Source: Alloascoidea hylecoeti (Eukaryota). Taken from it: 64,000 bases of DNA. The notes beneath the pieces were generated by a model. That model made no database searches and was not told the DNA's origin. It saw only the letters and a list, made by a program, of their open reading frames with translations. Position 1 is the first letter of the stretch. The number at the start of each line of letters is the position of its first letter. Shown one piece after another: positions 24,766 through 37,509 of the stretch. The stretch is taken from positions 310,001 to 374,000 of the forward strand of contig BCKZ01000008.1 of NCBI GenBank assembly GCA_001600815.1, written 5' to 3'. The position numbers and the translations under genes were made by a program.

Positions 24766-26508
24766 ATTGATGAAATGATATGATATAAAAGAAGCAAAAT
24801 ATAAGAAATAAAGACTGAACAAGTAATGAAACAAGAAACAAAATACTAGAACATAAAACTGAAATAAACAAATTTAAAGAAATTAGGATTGTTTGTGTAT
24901 AATATGGAGTGAAGTATAATACTTTCATTCTAAAACAACCTTTATATATAAATTTATTAAACTATTATTACATTATTATATCTTTTCTATTTATCTTTTT
25001 TTAATTTCGGTTAACGTTATTATTATATATTTGAGGCGATATAGGTGTAATTTAGCTAGCTGCTATATGATGCAAAAAGTGCTACGTATACTATTCGTTC
25101 TTTGGTAAAATCATTTAATTTATTAATCACTTGTCGTCAAGTAGTTATAAAGTTTATATTCTTTTGATCGTCAACATTGAAAAGATCTACTGAATGTTCT
25201 CTTTTCTTTATAATTATCACTGTAGAATGGGAATCCGCCTAGAGAGACTTTAGTTACCCGCACTTAACATACAGTAGACATTCTGTCATCAGTGACAATT
25301 CTATGTTGCTATCTCAAGAGGAATAACAAATTCTTTTAACATCAGTTCAAATAGTTACAAAATGAGTATTTGTAGATAGCAGATACGTAATGATATTCTT
25401 TTAAAAATATTAGAAGATAATTTACCCTGAATCTTTAAATTAATAATAAATAGAAAAAAAAGTAAAATGCCCGTGGAAGTAAAGTCTTATATCAACAACA
25501 TCTATTCTTTTCTGTAAACTTATAGCTTTTTACTCGATTAGGCCTAGGGTATAATTGCGGGCATCAGAGATCCCGTATGTCTTAATCAACACAATCCACC
25601 TAATTAGTCACTCTCACATTATCATTATTAATCAAACTTACCTAGTGTTTAGTTCACACATCAATTAATCAGTTCCCTTTATATCTTAATTATTATTATT
25701 AGGTGGAGAGTTTTTGTTAGCATGTATTCTAATAAATAAATTTGATAATTATCTTTTTGATGTTTAAGAATCCAATTGACTTTCCATTCTTGTAAACATT
25801 CATGTAAAATATATCAAAATCAAATGGATACTCCCAAGACTTATTGAATGAATGATATAGTTTTAAAGATATAATAAACTCAATTTATTATAGATAAATC
25901 ATAAATTCGTTCATTAATTATCAATTTAAACATATTAACAGTATCAAGTCATAAGGGTTCATAAGAAAATCATCATTTATATACAACGCTTTAATCTTTG
26001 CAGAAGGTTGTATTTTACTGGAGTTTCGTTCCAGCAACATGGCTAATGTAGACGAATTTGTGCTAATTTACAATAACAGGGCGAACAGTCTTAAAAAAAA
26101 TAAGGATTTATGAATTGGAACTCCGGGTAACCTTTAAAGGGAGGCATGCTTCTGAAGTTGGAAGTTTAGAGTTAATCTAAGTCACATCTTCATAGATGAA
26201 TTTGATAAGGAAATTCAATAATTGAGATTTTGTAAGACCATTTGCAGATTTCACCTCAATGCTATATTAAACTAGATGAGAAGTAAAGTTCGGATCACCA
26301 AATATGTAATGTGTATGAGTATTAGTTGATGCTGTTTAAATTTTGTGTGAATTTGTTGGTTTTTTACAAAAAGATTATTTTGGCATAAGAGATAAATTAT
26401 GAATTAGAATAAATGTACTATAAAATTATATTAATCTATTATTCACATTTCCATTCGCAATTCTCAATTTCATTATCAAACTCTATCGCATTACCATTAT
26501 CATTATCA

Positions 26509-29023
26509 TTAATTACCATTACCTGTATCGCTATCGCTATAATTACCGTCATCTTTAACAGTGACATTGTCATCGTCATTTTCATTATTATTCCAATGAT
26601 TATAATCATCAGGATATTTTCTAATCATATCAACTGACATTTCAAAATATCCTTTTCCAGGATTAAATTTTTCAAAATAAATACCAATATTAATATTAGA
26701 TTTTGAAATGTTTGATAATTCTTCTAAGAAATTTAAAGAATCTGGACTGTTTAAATTATTCAAATTAATTTCTTTTAAATTTGATTCAGAAGCATAAATA
26801 AATTTATCTTCTAATATTAATTCATAATAAATTTCAGGTTTATATGTGTCATCATAGCTCATACTATAAGTATGATCTAAACTTCCTTGACTAAGGTGAT
26901 CAGTATATCCATGTTTTCGAACACTCCATGATAATACAATACCAGTATGTTCATATCTATCATGTTTTAAAATTTGCCCGATATAATATTTTGGTTTTAT
27001 ATTGAAGGGTGATTGTGATAAAGAATCTCTTCTTCTTTTATCAATATGACTTAATGTTTTGAAAATTAAATGTGTTTTTGGATATATTGAATTTAAAGGA
27101 GCATTTATTAAACGTTCCAAAACTTTTGAAGATTCAGGAAATGCTTCACATATATAATTTGTTAATGTAAGTATTCTTGCTGTATTATTTGTAACGTTAA
27201 ATGGAGTTAAAAGAGAACTTTGATTAAAATCAACCCCATTATAACGTCGACTATAATCATACGTAATAAGATGTCGAAAAACAAAATCCATATTAACATT
27301 ATGATTGACATTATTATTATTATTATTATTATTAACACCAATATCTCTATTATATTTATGAATTATTAATTTTGTCACCAATAATTCAAGCATATCATTA
27401 TTTCTATGTTGTATTTTATCATCACCAATGAAATGATTAGTTGACGCTAAGGTTTCAAAATCCATTTTGTGTAATAAATCTTTAATAAATCGAAAAATTG
27501 ATATTGGTTCAATATATTTCCTTTTAAATGATAATGTTAATTGATGTAATCTTCTTCTTAGTTGATGTATTGTATATGATTTAAAACCAAATCCTCCAAA
27601 CTCACAATAAACGTAATGATTGTCAATTGAATCATCATGTTCATTTTCAACGTTTAGATCATTTTCATTGTTATGTGCATGAGATGGATCATAAACTCGT
27701 AGCATAAAAGTCCCCGGAAATGAAACAACATCAACTTTATAATTAAATTGTTTTGCAAGAGCAAACATTATTGCAACTAAACAGGCTGAAGAACCGGCAG
27801 ATTTACCAGCATATACTCTTAATATGAAGTTATTATTGAGGACTATTATATATATATAATTGTTAAAATTTAATGTTTTTGCAGTTTGTGAAAATTATAA
27901 AACTTACTAATTGGTGAATTATTTAAACCAGATTTAATATTAACAAATCTAACAAAAGTATTGAAAAGTAAATGAATTCCTTGTGTTGGGTTCTTTAAGC
28001 ATGATGATTGCATTGAATTTCTTACTATTACTGGAACCAATGTTAAAACCAGTTGTCGATACTAATTATATTTTAGATTAGTTATTAATTTTTTTAAAAA
28101 TGATTGTAATCCATATACTTACAATTAATAATTCATAATGTCTTTGATCAAAACAACTGAATGCAAAAACAGCGTCTTCAACATCTAAATCATTATCTGT
28201 CTCATCATTAATTGAAGATGGTTTCTCCTTATATTTTGGATTTGTTAAAAGTTCATTAAATATTTCAATAGCATCATTATGACGTATTATTCTAAATAAT
28301 TTTTCAGAATATGATATTTTTGATAAGTTGTTCAATCTGTAAAAATCATCCTTTGTTCCAATTAGATTTTTATAACGATTAACCTTATAAAATTTATTAC
28401 GGATTCTTGAGATTTCGGTTGTATTTAAATCTCGAATTAAATAATGGTTACTGTTAATAGATGATAGATCAATAGAAGATATATCAATATTTTTATTTGA
28501 AGATGATGATGATGATAATATTGCTTGTAAGAAATGATGATTAGTTTTATAATTGCAAATATCCATTAGTTTTGGAATTAATTTTTTATTATATTTTGAA
28601 TATAATCGTTGTAATGTTTGATATCGTGTTGTTGGATGAATGATAACGTTGTTTAATTTATCCATCAATTTTGAATCTATTAGAGATCGGGATTTATAAT
28701 CTTCTCTAAAATTTCTTATACATGTATTTCTTCTGTGTGATGAAGGATTTCGAATAAAGTTGATATCATTTGGGTCGATTATATTATGCCACCTAGAGAA
28801 GATAGATAGCTTTTTGTTAGAATAAAGAAATAGGTTTGGGAAAATATAAATATATATACCTTTGTAAATATAGTCGTTTCCATAGTTTATTATCATAGGT
28901 TAACTCATGGAACGAGTGTGAGACTTGTGATAATTCAGTAAATGTTTTGGGGTCATTAACTTGGGATAGTATATTAAGTAATATTTCTTCGGGCAGGCTG
29001 TTTAATGTAGGATGTCTCATCAT
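26509..29023 (-). CDS. FBXO21-like protein (F-box + transglutaminase-like + YccV/HspQ-like domain), 3 introns
   Basis: F-box LNSLPEEILLNIL..LW; VSFPGTFMLRV; PKYYIGQILKHDRYEHTGIVLSW..YASESNL..IGIYFEKF..YPDD. Introns 28793-28859, 28062-28122 and 27843-27907 join three track ORFs. Confidence 0.8.
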
Positions 29024-29197
29024 TTTTGTGAAATATATTTCTACGGGATCCGTGAATGAAAAGTGGATGGGATGCGGGACTAATTATATTTAAGTAAAAA
29101 ATATTGGAGGTGATCTTTCAACCTGACGGATGTGGAACACGCGTAAAAACAAGCGAATGAAAAGCAAAATTTAAATTATTAAATTATAAAGCTTTAT

Positions 29198-29626
29198 TTA
29201 TTTCTTAACACCATTGATAGTAGCAATGATGGTCCTAGACTGCTTATACTGTCTGAACTCACATAACCATATTCCTTGCCAGGTCCCAGTTGCTAATCTT
29301 CCGTCTTTGATCGGAACATTCAGACTTGCTCCCAGCAGACTTGATCTGATATGAGCCGGCATATCGTCCAATCCCTCGGCATCATGACGATACAAGGAGT
29401 CGTCCTCCGGAGCCAATCGTGCTAGAGCATCGTTCATATCGTAACGAACGTCCGGATCCCAATTTTCATTAAGAGTGAGTGCGGCAGAAGTGTGCTGCAG
29501 AAAGATGTTCAATTGTCCTATTTTATAATCTCTGATTTGTGGTACTTTTTGGAGAATTTCATCGGTTATCAAGTAGCATCCCCGAGAACGGTGAGGTAAA
29601 GAAAAGGTGACTTGATCCCAGGACAT
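29198..29626 (-). CDS. UPF0047/YjbQ family protein
   Basis: QHTSAALTLNENWDPDVR, HDAEGLDDMPAHIRSSL, LATGTWQGIWLCEFR. Confidence 0.92.
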   Translation of the reverse strand: MSWDQVTFSLPHRSRGCYLITDEILQKVPQIRDYKIGQLNIFLQHTSAALTLNENWDPDVRYDMNDALARLAPEDDSLYRHDAEGLDDMPAHIRSSLLGASLNVPIKDGRLATGTWQGIWLCEFRQYKQSRTIIATINGVKK

Positions 29627-29806
29627 TATATATTTATCTATATTTATTATGCTTATTGTTTGGAGTACTAATATTTATTTGGAGTGCTAATTATGTTTGT
29701 CTAGGTTGAACATCCAATCACACCCTATCGTAGTAATGCATAAATTATAATTAGTACCCCTCCTTCTCCTTGTAATGTCTCGATATCAATAAAAGATAAA
29801 GAAAAA

Positions 29807-30451
29807 ATGGTCTTGAAAACATTCAAATTATCAGATTCTCCTGAAATAACAGTTGAGCCACTGACTCCGGATTCATTCGCACCATACGGAGGTGTAATAT
29901 CAGCAGATCATCAAATCAAAAATACTAATCTTAAATCTAATTCTGCAAATTATGGAACTGCCATAAAAATTTTAAAAGTTTCTCCAATTATAAATAATTA
30001 TGAAAATGCTCCAAGTGGAAATAAAGCATCTGCAAATTGGAACATTTTCAGATGTTCTCCTCCTAATCATATTTTAAAATATAATGTTGATGGTATAAAT
30101 GGTAGAACTCAATATTATTCAAAAGTTTTGGAAAGACATCCATATTCAACTCAAACTTTTTTACCAATGGGTAGAAATAAAAATGATTTGGCATATCTTG
30201 TAATTGTTGCATCAAATGATAATGAAGGTCTACCTGATCCTACTTCTGTAAAAGCTTTCATTGCAAAGGGTAATCAAGCTGTTACTTATAACGTTGCAAC
30301 ATGGCATGCTCCAATGATTGCATTAATTGATACTTTGGATTTTGGTGTTTTGATTCATGAAAATAATGTAAATGAAGAAGATTGTCAAGAATGTTATTTT
30401 GACCCGGGTTTTACTGTTACATTTGATCTTAATGTAACATCTAGATTATAA
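29807..30451 (+). CDS. DAL3: Ureidoglycolate lyase
   Basis: PLTPDSFAPYG, SANYGTA, LERHPYSTQTFLPMG, QAVTYNVATWHAPM. Confidence 0.93.
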   Translation: MVLKTFKLSDSPEITVEPLTPDSFAPYGGVISADHQIKNTNLKSNSANYGTAIKILKVSPIINNYENAPSGNKASANWNIFRCSPPNHILKYNVDGINGRTQYYSKVLERHPYSTQTFLPMGRNKNDLAYLVIVASNDNEGLPDPTSVKAFIAKGNQAVTYNVATWHAPMIALIDTLDFGVLIHENNVNEEDCQECYFDPGFTVTFDLNVTSRL

Positions 30452-31006
30452 ACATATACATTTTATTTTATACGGAGCATTGATTGTATATAATTATATA
30501 TCGTATACAAAGTTATAATTCCCTAACTTATTTTAACAAACCATTAATTGCAACAACGCTTAATACTCTAAGTCTTATAATTATCCCAGCGATTGTTTAG
30601 TAGTTTCTTAAAGATGTACAGTATATCAGTTGAAACTTGAAGGTAAGTAAGAAATAATATCAATATCCATTCTTGAGCAGTAGTCGGCAAGAGGTAGTGT
30701 GACTTTATGGCTTAACTGTAACTGTTTCAACATGTCTTTAATAAAATCAGACAGACGTTACACTTAATTGCAGCCATAGTGATTATTAACTATTGGAAAC
30801 CTCCACAACTTAATTTCGGTCGAGCTCACTCCTACATATTGACGGGTCTTACCGCTAATAATGTGGCCGAAAAATAGTTGTAGAGAGAGCCGATAGCTAC
30901 TAATCATAATGGCCGAACATCAGTGTATTTGATTAAGTTACCCGCCCTTTCCACCGATATATTTAATCTTCACCAACCAAAATCAAAATATAAAATCTCA
31001 TAAAGA

Positions 31007-31672
31007 ATGGTTTGGCCCTTTTCTTCTTCTTCTTCAAACTCCAATAAGAATACTGTTACTGACAATGATGCTTCACAATCTTCACAGATATTTGAAAAAA
31101 TAGACCCTTCTTTAAAAACTTTTTTTAATTCTGAAGATCCAAATCCGAATCCATCTCCAATTTCATCAAATTCATCAGATCCATCAAATAAAAATACGAA
31201 ATTTAAACCAGAACCAGTAAACGACCCAGAAATTATAAGGCAGAAATCTCAATTAACAGGTAAATACTACGGCCCTCAAGTTTCTATTTCAGCAGCAGCA
31301 AGGGAAAATTGTGCAGAATTACAATTACTTTTGTCAAATTGTTTATATAATACAGGAGATGATAATTCCAAAAAACAATCATTTTGGAAATTAAAAACAA
31401 CATCATGTTTTTCTAAATCAATTAATTTTTCAAATTGTATTGTTAATCAAAAGAAAGCAATGCGTACAATGGGATATGATAATGTTGATACACCACGAGA
31501 AAAAGAATTAATTAAATGGAAAAGTGATGATTTATATTTAAATTTGTTTGGAGAAAATGGTGATGCAGATGGTCATTATGAGGAGAATCTAAAAGTTTTA
31601 AATGAACAAGCGGCTTTTGAAAGAAGGAGGTTTCTGGGGGAAGAAGCGGATACAATAAAAGTTGAAAATTGA
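31007..31672 (+). CDS. Conserved fungal twin-CX9C-like protein (probably mitochondrial)
   Basis: MVWPF start, IDPSLKTFF, AARENCAELQLLLSNC...CFSKSINFSNC..Q...MGY. Confidence 0.65.
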   Translation: MVWPFSSSSSNSNKNTVTDNDASQSSQIFEKIDPSLKTFFNSEDPNPNPSPISSNSSDPSNKNTKFKPEPVNDPEIIRQKSQLTGKYYGPQVSISAAARENCAELQLLLSNCLYNTGDDNSKKQSFWKLKTTSCFSKSINFSNCIVNQKKAMRTMGYDNVDTPREKELIKWKSDDLYLNLFGENGDADGHYEENLKVLNEQAAFERRRFLGEEADTIKVEN

Positions 31673-31884
31673 TAAATCAATATGTTTCAACCGATTACAT
31701 TGAACACGAGCATACTTAACAAGGGTTAAAGTCCTTTGAAGATCTATATAAAAATATGTATATAATATATAACCTGATTCCAATTCATATCCACTATTTC
31801 TTAATAATATATACCAAATTAACTCATCTTCTTCACGCTATTTTATATTTAATTCTTGAAAGTTTCGGAGTCCATCAATGATTA

Positions 31885-32117
31885 TGAGTCAACTTCGAAA
31901 TAACTTTATACCGTTTAAATTTAAAACGTGGGCGTTCAATAATTAAATAAAATAGAATGAAGATTATTAAAACACAAGGAAAAAATGTATATCTTTCAAG
32001 TTTTAACGTTGTCAAAGTTGTCAATTTTAATTAAAATATCTCTAATCAATGTTATATTATAATTATATTATTATAGAAAAAGATTTCGGAGCTCCTATGT
32101 GTGAGTCATTTGAGTCA
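31885..32117 (+). promoter_or_regulatory. Three Gcn4/AP-1-type TGAGTCA sites
   Basis: Perfect TGAGTCA at 31885, 32102 and 32111, upstream of the F-box gene ATG at 32306. Confidence 0.55.
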
Positions 32118-32305
32118 TGTTGGTAACATACGTACATTGTTCCATTTATTTGAAAATATATGTTGGCCAACCGGAAAAACATCAGGATATAACTCTACAC
32201 ATATTAATAATACTGAGGCATTTATTTATCAGTGTAATATTTAAACATGTCTGGATCTTAAAAATTCAAAAAAATTCAAAAAATCTTTGTATAGCATTGA
32301 CAATC

Positions 32306-34138
32306 ATGGTCTCATTATCAAATCATATAGCTAAAAACTATATATCATCACTTCCTTGTGAAATACTCAATTATATTTTTAAATATATTGAAACTGAAGA
32401 AGATGTTTATAAAGTTTCATTATGCTGTAAAGAGTTTTATCTTTTAATACACCAAGAAAATTTAAATGAAAATTCAATTATAAACAAATATCTTAAACAT
32501 TTAAAAAGATATATAAATATTGAAAATAATGGTCTTTTAAATGATGAACTTAATATTAATAACATTAATTATATTCGAACTTTATCATCATTAAATAATA
32601 AAGATCCAATATTGTTTGATGAAAATTTAAAAAATATTGAAATATTTAAATCTGATTATCAATATGGTTTTTATAATTATGGTCATGGACCAATTATTTC
32701 ATCATTAAAACTTGAAAATTTAAAAGATAATAAATTCCGTTATAATTATAACATTGCTTATATTTCAAATGATGATATAAATGATGATGATAAAAGAATA
32801 AAAATATGGAAACAACCAAATATAATTGATATTAATAATAATCAATTTATTTCCAAATATAATGAAGAATCATTAGAAATTTACTTTAAAGATGATTTTA
32901 TTATTGGTTATGTTAAAAATAATTGGAATTCTTATGTAATAAGACTAATTCAATCAGTTAAAAATTATACAAATATATGGACTTTTTATGATTATGAAAA
33001 TGATGATGATAATGATTTTGAAATATCAGATATTAATCAAATTAAAAATTTATTAAAAATTGATAATGATAAATTATTTGTTTATTATAAAGGGAAAGTA
33101 ACTTGTTTTAAATCAAGTAGAATAATTGATTTACCAGAGGTTGATTCGTCTACTTCTTCAATTATAAACTCTACTTTTAATGAAACTGCTGTTGAAAGTA
33201 ACAAGCTGAATGATAATATCAATAGAACAACTGATAGAAATGGTCATACCAATCACAATTCAAATTTACAAAAGACAAATATTATTGAAATTGATAATGT
33301 GACTGTTTCAGCAAAGTCAGAAAAATTATGGATACAAGAAATAGATACAAGCACCAATAATTCATATGAACATATTTATAATTATAATCAAAAGAATTCT
33401 ATATCGTTTGAATCATACAAAAATTACTTATTCCTTGGAATTTTTTTAAACAATTGCAATTCTTGCTCATCAATTATAAATCATAATAATCATAATTGGA
33501 TTTGTCAATTTATGGTATTTGATAAAAAATCAGGTAAATTAATAAGGAATTTAAACTCTAAAGCAACATGTTCTCTGCGTCTGGCTAGTTTTAAATCTAA
33601 TCGGAATGAAAATGAGAATGATAATGATAATGAAATAATTGGAAATTTCATATTGGAAGGTATAAAAGAGCCATTTATTTTAAAAAAAATTGGTGATCAT
33701 TTACTTTTCATTTTAAAAGATAATATATTAATTAAATCAATACCTAAACTATTAGATTTAATATCAACCCCACCATCATCCTCATCTTCAAGTTTAAATT
33801 CAAAATTAAATTCAAATTTAAATTCAAATTCATATATTTCAAATTTACTGAGCACAAGTAGATCATTAAAATTAAAAATTCCACCATCAAAATTACAGTC
33901 CATAACAATATCACCATCTCAAAACTATATAATGCTAATATATCATACATTAACTTCAAATACACCATTTACGATAATAATTGATATTGAAAAAGGACAG
34001 ATTAGTAAGAATTTTCAAGATTTTAGTTTAAATATAAATGGAATGGTTGTTGGATGGTGTATTGATGGTGAAGGAAATACTTATTGTATTAGTGAATATT
34101 GGTTTGAAGGTGCAATACAGAAACTTCGTAATATATAG
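32306..34138 (+). CDS. F-box protein
   Basis: ISSLPCEILNYIFKYI..DVYKVSLCCKEFY F-box follows the ATG at 32306, so the track start at 32117 is probably too far upstream. Confidence 0.75.
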   Translation: MVSLSNHIAKNYISSLPCEILNYIFKYIETEEDVYKVSLCCKEFYLLIHQENLNENSIINKYLKHLKRYINIENNGLLNDELNINNINYIRTLSSLNNKDPILFDENLKNIEIFKSDYQYGFYNYGHGPIISSLKLENLKDNKFRYNYNIAYISNDDINDDDKRIKIWKQPNIIDINNNQFISKYNEESLEIYFKDDFIIGYVKNNWNSYVIRLIQSVKNYTNIWTFYDYENDDDNDFEISDINQIKNLLKIDNDKLFVYYKGKVTCFKSSRIIDLPEVDSSTSSIINSTFNETAVESNKLNDNINRTTDRNGHTNHNSNLQKTNIIEIDNVTVSAKSEKLWIQEIDTSTNNSYEHIYNYNQKNSISFESYKNYLFLGIFLNNCNSCSSIINHNNHNWICQFMVFDKKSGKLIRNLNSKATCSLRLASFKSNRNENENDNDNEIIGNFILEGIKEPFILKKIGDHLLFILKDNILIKSIPKLLDLISTPPSSSSSSLNSKLNSNLNSNSYISNLLSTSRSLKLKIPPSKLQSITISPSQNYIMLIYHTLTSNTPFTIIIDIEKGQISKNFQDFSLNINGMVVGWCIDGEGNTYCISEYWFEGAIQKLRNI

Positions 34139-34453
34139 CTTTGTTAAATAATGATAATATAAAACTTGTTAAATATCATTCTTGATAATCCTAAGATATT
34201 TAAATGCTATGCATATTTTCAAAGTGTAAAAGCTGCATGCACTCTAATATTTTTTTTTTTGTGGACTAAATTTTCTTTTGTACTCTTCCGATCGAGCTTA
34301 TCACATTTTTTACAATCTTTTTCATATCAACAAAACAAAACAAAAAATAGACACGAATATTAAAATTAAAAATTAATCTTCATTTATCATTATTGTGGTT
34401 AATGGCTATATAATCTATATTTGTCACAAGTTAATTGGCAATATTTAAAAGTG

Positions 34454-36373
34454 ATGTCTACAAGTATAAATACAATATCTCTAACTTCTAGAGATGTTGC
34501 TGCTTCAACAAGTTTATCGGAACTTGCGCAAGTTGAAATGGAAATAAATATAATGTTTTTGATTGTTGTTGCTGCTCTTGTTTTTGTTATGGTATGTCAT
34601 CATGATGTTTATAAATATTGGATCCATGAATATTAACTTTTATAATTAGGGGAGTGGAGTACGTTTTTTTTCTTTCTGATAAATATACATGGAAACAGGA
34701 GTATTAATGGTTCTTTCATAGGCTGCGTTGTTCTATGCTGGATTAACCACACGAAAATCGGCCTTGTCTCAACTGGCAGCTCCGTTGGTTGGATCTTGTA
34801 CTGCGCTGATCCAATGGATGGTTTGGGTATGTTTACTTTTATTCATCATTTATTTATATTTACACTAATTCTTATTGAAAAGGGTTACTCACTTACGTAT
34901 AGTGAATCAACTAGTCCATTTTTGGGGAACTTATCTCATGCTGGTTTGCGTGATACTTTTCGAGAAGAACCATCCTCAAGAGGTTCAACATCAATAGTCC
35001 CCATCTTATCAGAAGTGATTTTTCAAGGCGCCATATGTTGTACAGCTGTCTCTTTAACAGTTGGTTGTATCAATGAAAGGGGTCGTTATTTACCAATGAT
35101 TATTTTCATTTTCATATGGACAACTGTTGTTTATGATCCTGTTGCTTATTGGCATTGGAATCCAAATGGTTGGTTAGCAAAATTAGGAGTTTTAGATTTT
35201 GCTGGTGGAACCCCTGTTCATGTTCTTTGTGGTGTGACTGCTTTGGCTTATTCTTATCTATTAGGGAAAAGAATTGGTTTAGAAGATGATGAAGTTATTG
35301 AACAACTTAAAAAAAATGATGATATAAGTAGTACTGATGAATCCATAGTACGCGTTACAATCGATCCAAGAGCTTATGGACCACATAATAATACTTTTAT
35401 TATTATGGGAACTACTTGTTTCTGGATTGGTTGGTTAGGTTTTAATTCAGGAAATGCATATTCACCAAATATAACTGCATTGGTTTCTATTATAAATACA
35501 TTGATTGGTGGATCATTTGGTGGATTTACATGGTGTTTAATGGATTATAGAATTGATAATAAATTCTCTGTTGTTGGTTTCTGTTCTGGTGTTATTGCTG
35601 GACTTTGTGTTGTTACTCCTGGTAGTGGTTATATACCAATTTGGGCATCAGTTATATTTGGATGTGCTGGCGGTATAATTTGTAATTTTTCAACAAGAGT
35701 GAAATATTTATTAAATATTGATGACGCATTGGATGTATTTGCAGTTCATGGAGTTGGAGGAATGGTTGGTAATATCTTAACTGGTATATTTGCTGCTGAT
35801 TATATTGTTAATTTAACTGAAAATGATTTACATAATGGTAAAAACGGTGGTTGGATAACACATAATTGGGTTCAATTAGGTTATCAAATTGCAGGTATTA
35901 TAAGTAGTTCAGCTTATACATTTGTTGTAAGTTTTATCATATTATGGATCATAAATAAAATACCTGGCTTGCATTTAAGAGTTAGAACAAGAGGTGAAGT
36001 TTATGGATTAGATGATATTGAGCATGGGGAATTTGCGTATGATTATGTTGAAGTTTTAAGAAATGTACCAACTGCTAATCTTTATCATAATAATGAATCT
36101 GAAGAAATAAATGGTACTAGTGTTAATCATAATGAACATCATCATACTCACATATCATCAGCATCAAAAGTTGAAATTGAAAATCCTGATAAAGTTAGCT
36201 CAGAATTGCAAGAACGAGAACAGTCACAAGATCCACTACAAAGACGAATAATTCCTCTTACTGCTATTGAAATTTTAAATGGTGGTTCAAGTGTTGGTGA
36301 AGAAGATCCAACAACGTGGCCTAATTCAAACCCTGAACAAAATATTGAAATGAATACACTTGGAACGATATAA
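34454..36373 (+). CDS. Ammonium transporter (Amt/Mep), 3 introns including a 9-nt microexon
   Basis: Exons 34454-34591, 34650-34658, 34722-34826 and 34883-36373. YDPVAYWHW, DFAGGTPVH, WIGWLGFNSG, DDALDVFAVHGVGG. Confidence 0.93.
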
Positions 36374-37509
36374 TGAATGATTATGATATGAAGAAAAGAA
36401 AAGCAATGAAAAGACAATGAAACATTTCAAAAAAGAAGGACAATCTTAAACAAATACAGTTTAACGTGTGTATATTATTTCAAATTTAAACCATATGCAT
36501 CATTAAAAAAGAATTAAAAAGTGTTGATAATGAATTTGTATAACATTAAAATTATAGTTAATAATAGAATGTATCTAATATAAAATGCATGTTAATAATA
36601 ATTTAGTTTCCCCTTTCCCTCAATAAGGCCAGAAACATTTAAAGATCATATTGATGCTATTGATCCGTTTAACAGGGTTTTCATTTAATTTCTGTTATTA
36701 CGTAACAGTAAACCAGTAATATTCCTTATTCTTCACATGTGCCAAAATCAGTATCATTGATGATCATCATAACGGCTATAGCTACTACTAGTTTCGGTTT
36801 ATTTCCATGTTATAATAGCATTACTATTAAACACTATGGCTAGTGTAAAACACATTGATATCCACAGTTTTTGATATTGGAATGTAAAGTTTTGTATTAA
36901 ATACTCGTTAAGATGCTGAGTATGAAATTGGCGGTAACGGTGAAAAAATATTCGTTCATCGTATTTGTGATTTTAGTTACTGGAGTGATAATCCAGTAAG
37001 CGTGGGGGTGGGGTCTTGTTTCCCCCGCCTAGTCCCCATTCTGAACTCCACTATACCAGATCTGAAATTTAGTCCCCCACTCGCCCACACATTTACTGAA
37101 GAATTTTCACTCTGGTGTTGCAAATCACTTATACGACTGACGAATGTTTTGAACATATTACACACAATATCATAGTCAACATCTTACCGAATATTTAATG
37201 CAAAAGTGCATAGCATAACAATAAGAATTGACCAAGATATAAATTGATATCGCTTAATTAATAAAACTTGAACAAGCCTGCAATTTTGTATTTAATAACT
37301 AGTATGGAGTGAGTATAAAATATAAAATTAAATATAAATGTAACAAAAAGAACTGAAAAACTAAACGTTAACAAGTGTATAATCATGTAAATGTGTGTTT
37401 ATAATTAAGAAACAAGTGTATAATCATATGAAATGTGTTTATAAATAAAATGTATGCACAATTATATAAATTGTAATAGTTCAATAACAATTAAGTGATA
37501 TTGATGATT

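Noticed and set aside
29198..29626. YjbQ gene as a bacterial horizontal transfer (high GC, intronless)
   Set aside because: The family is widespread in fungi, and the GC elevation matches gene 5' ends elsewhere in the window.
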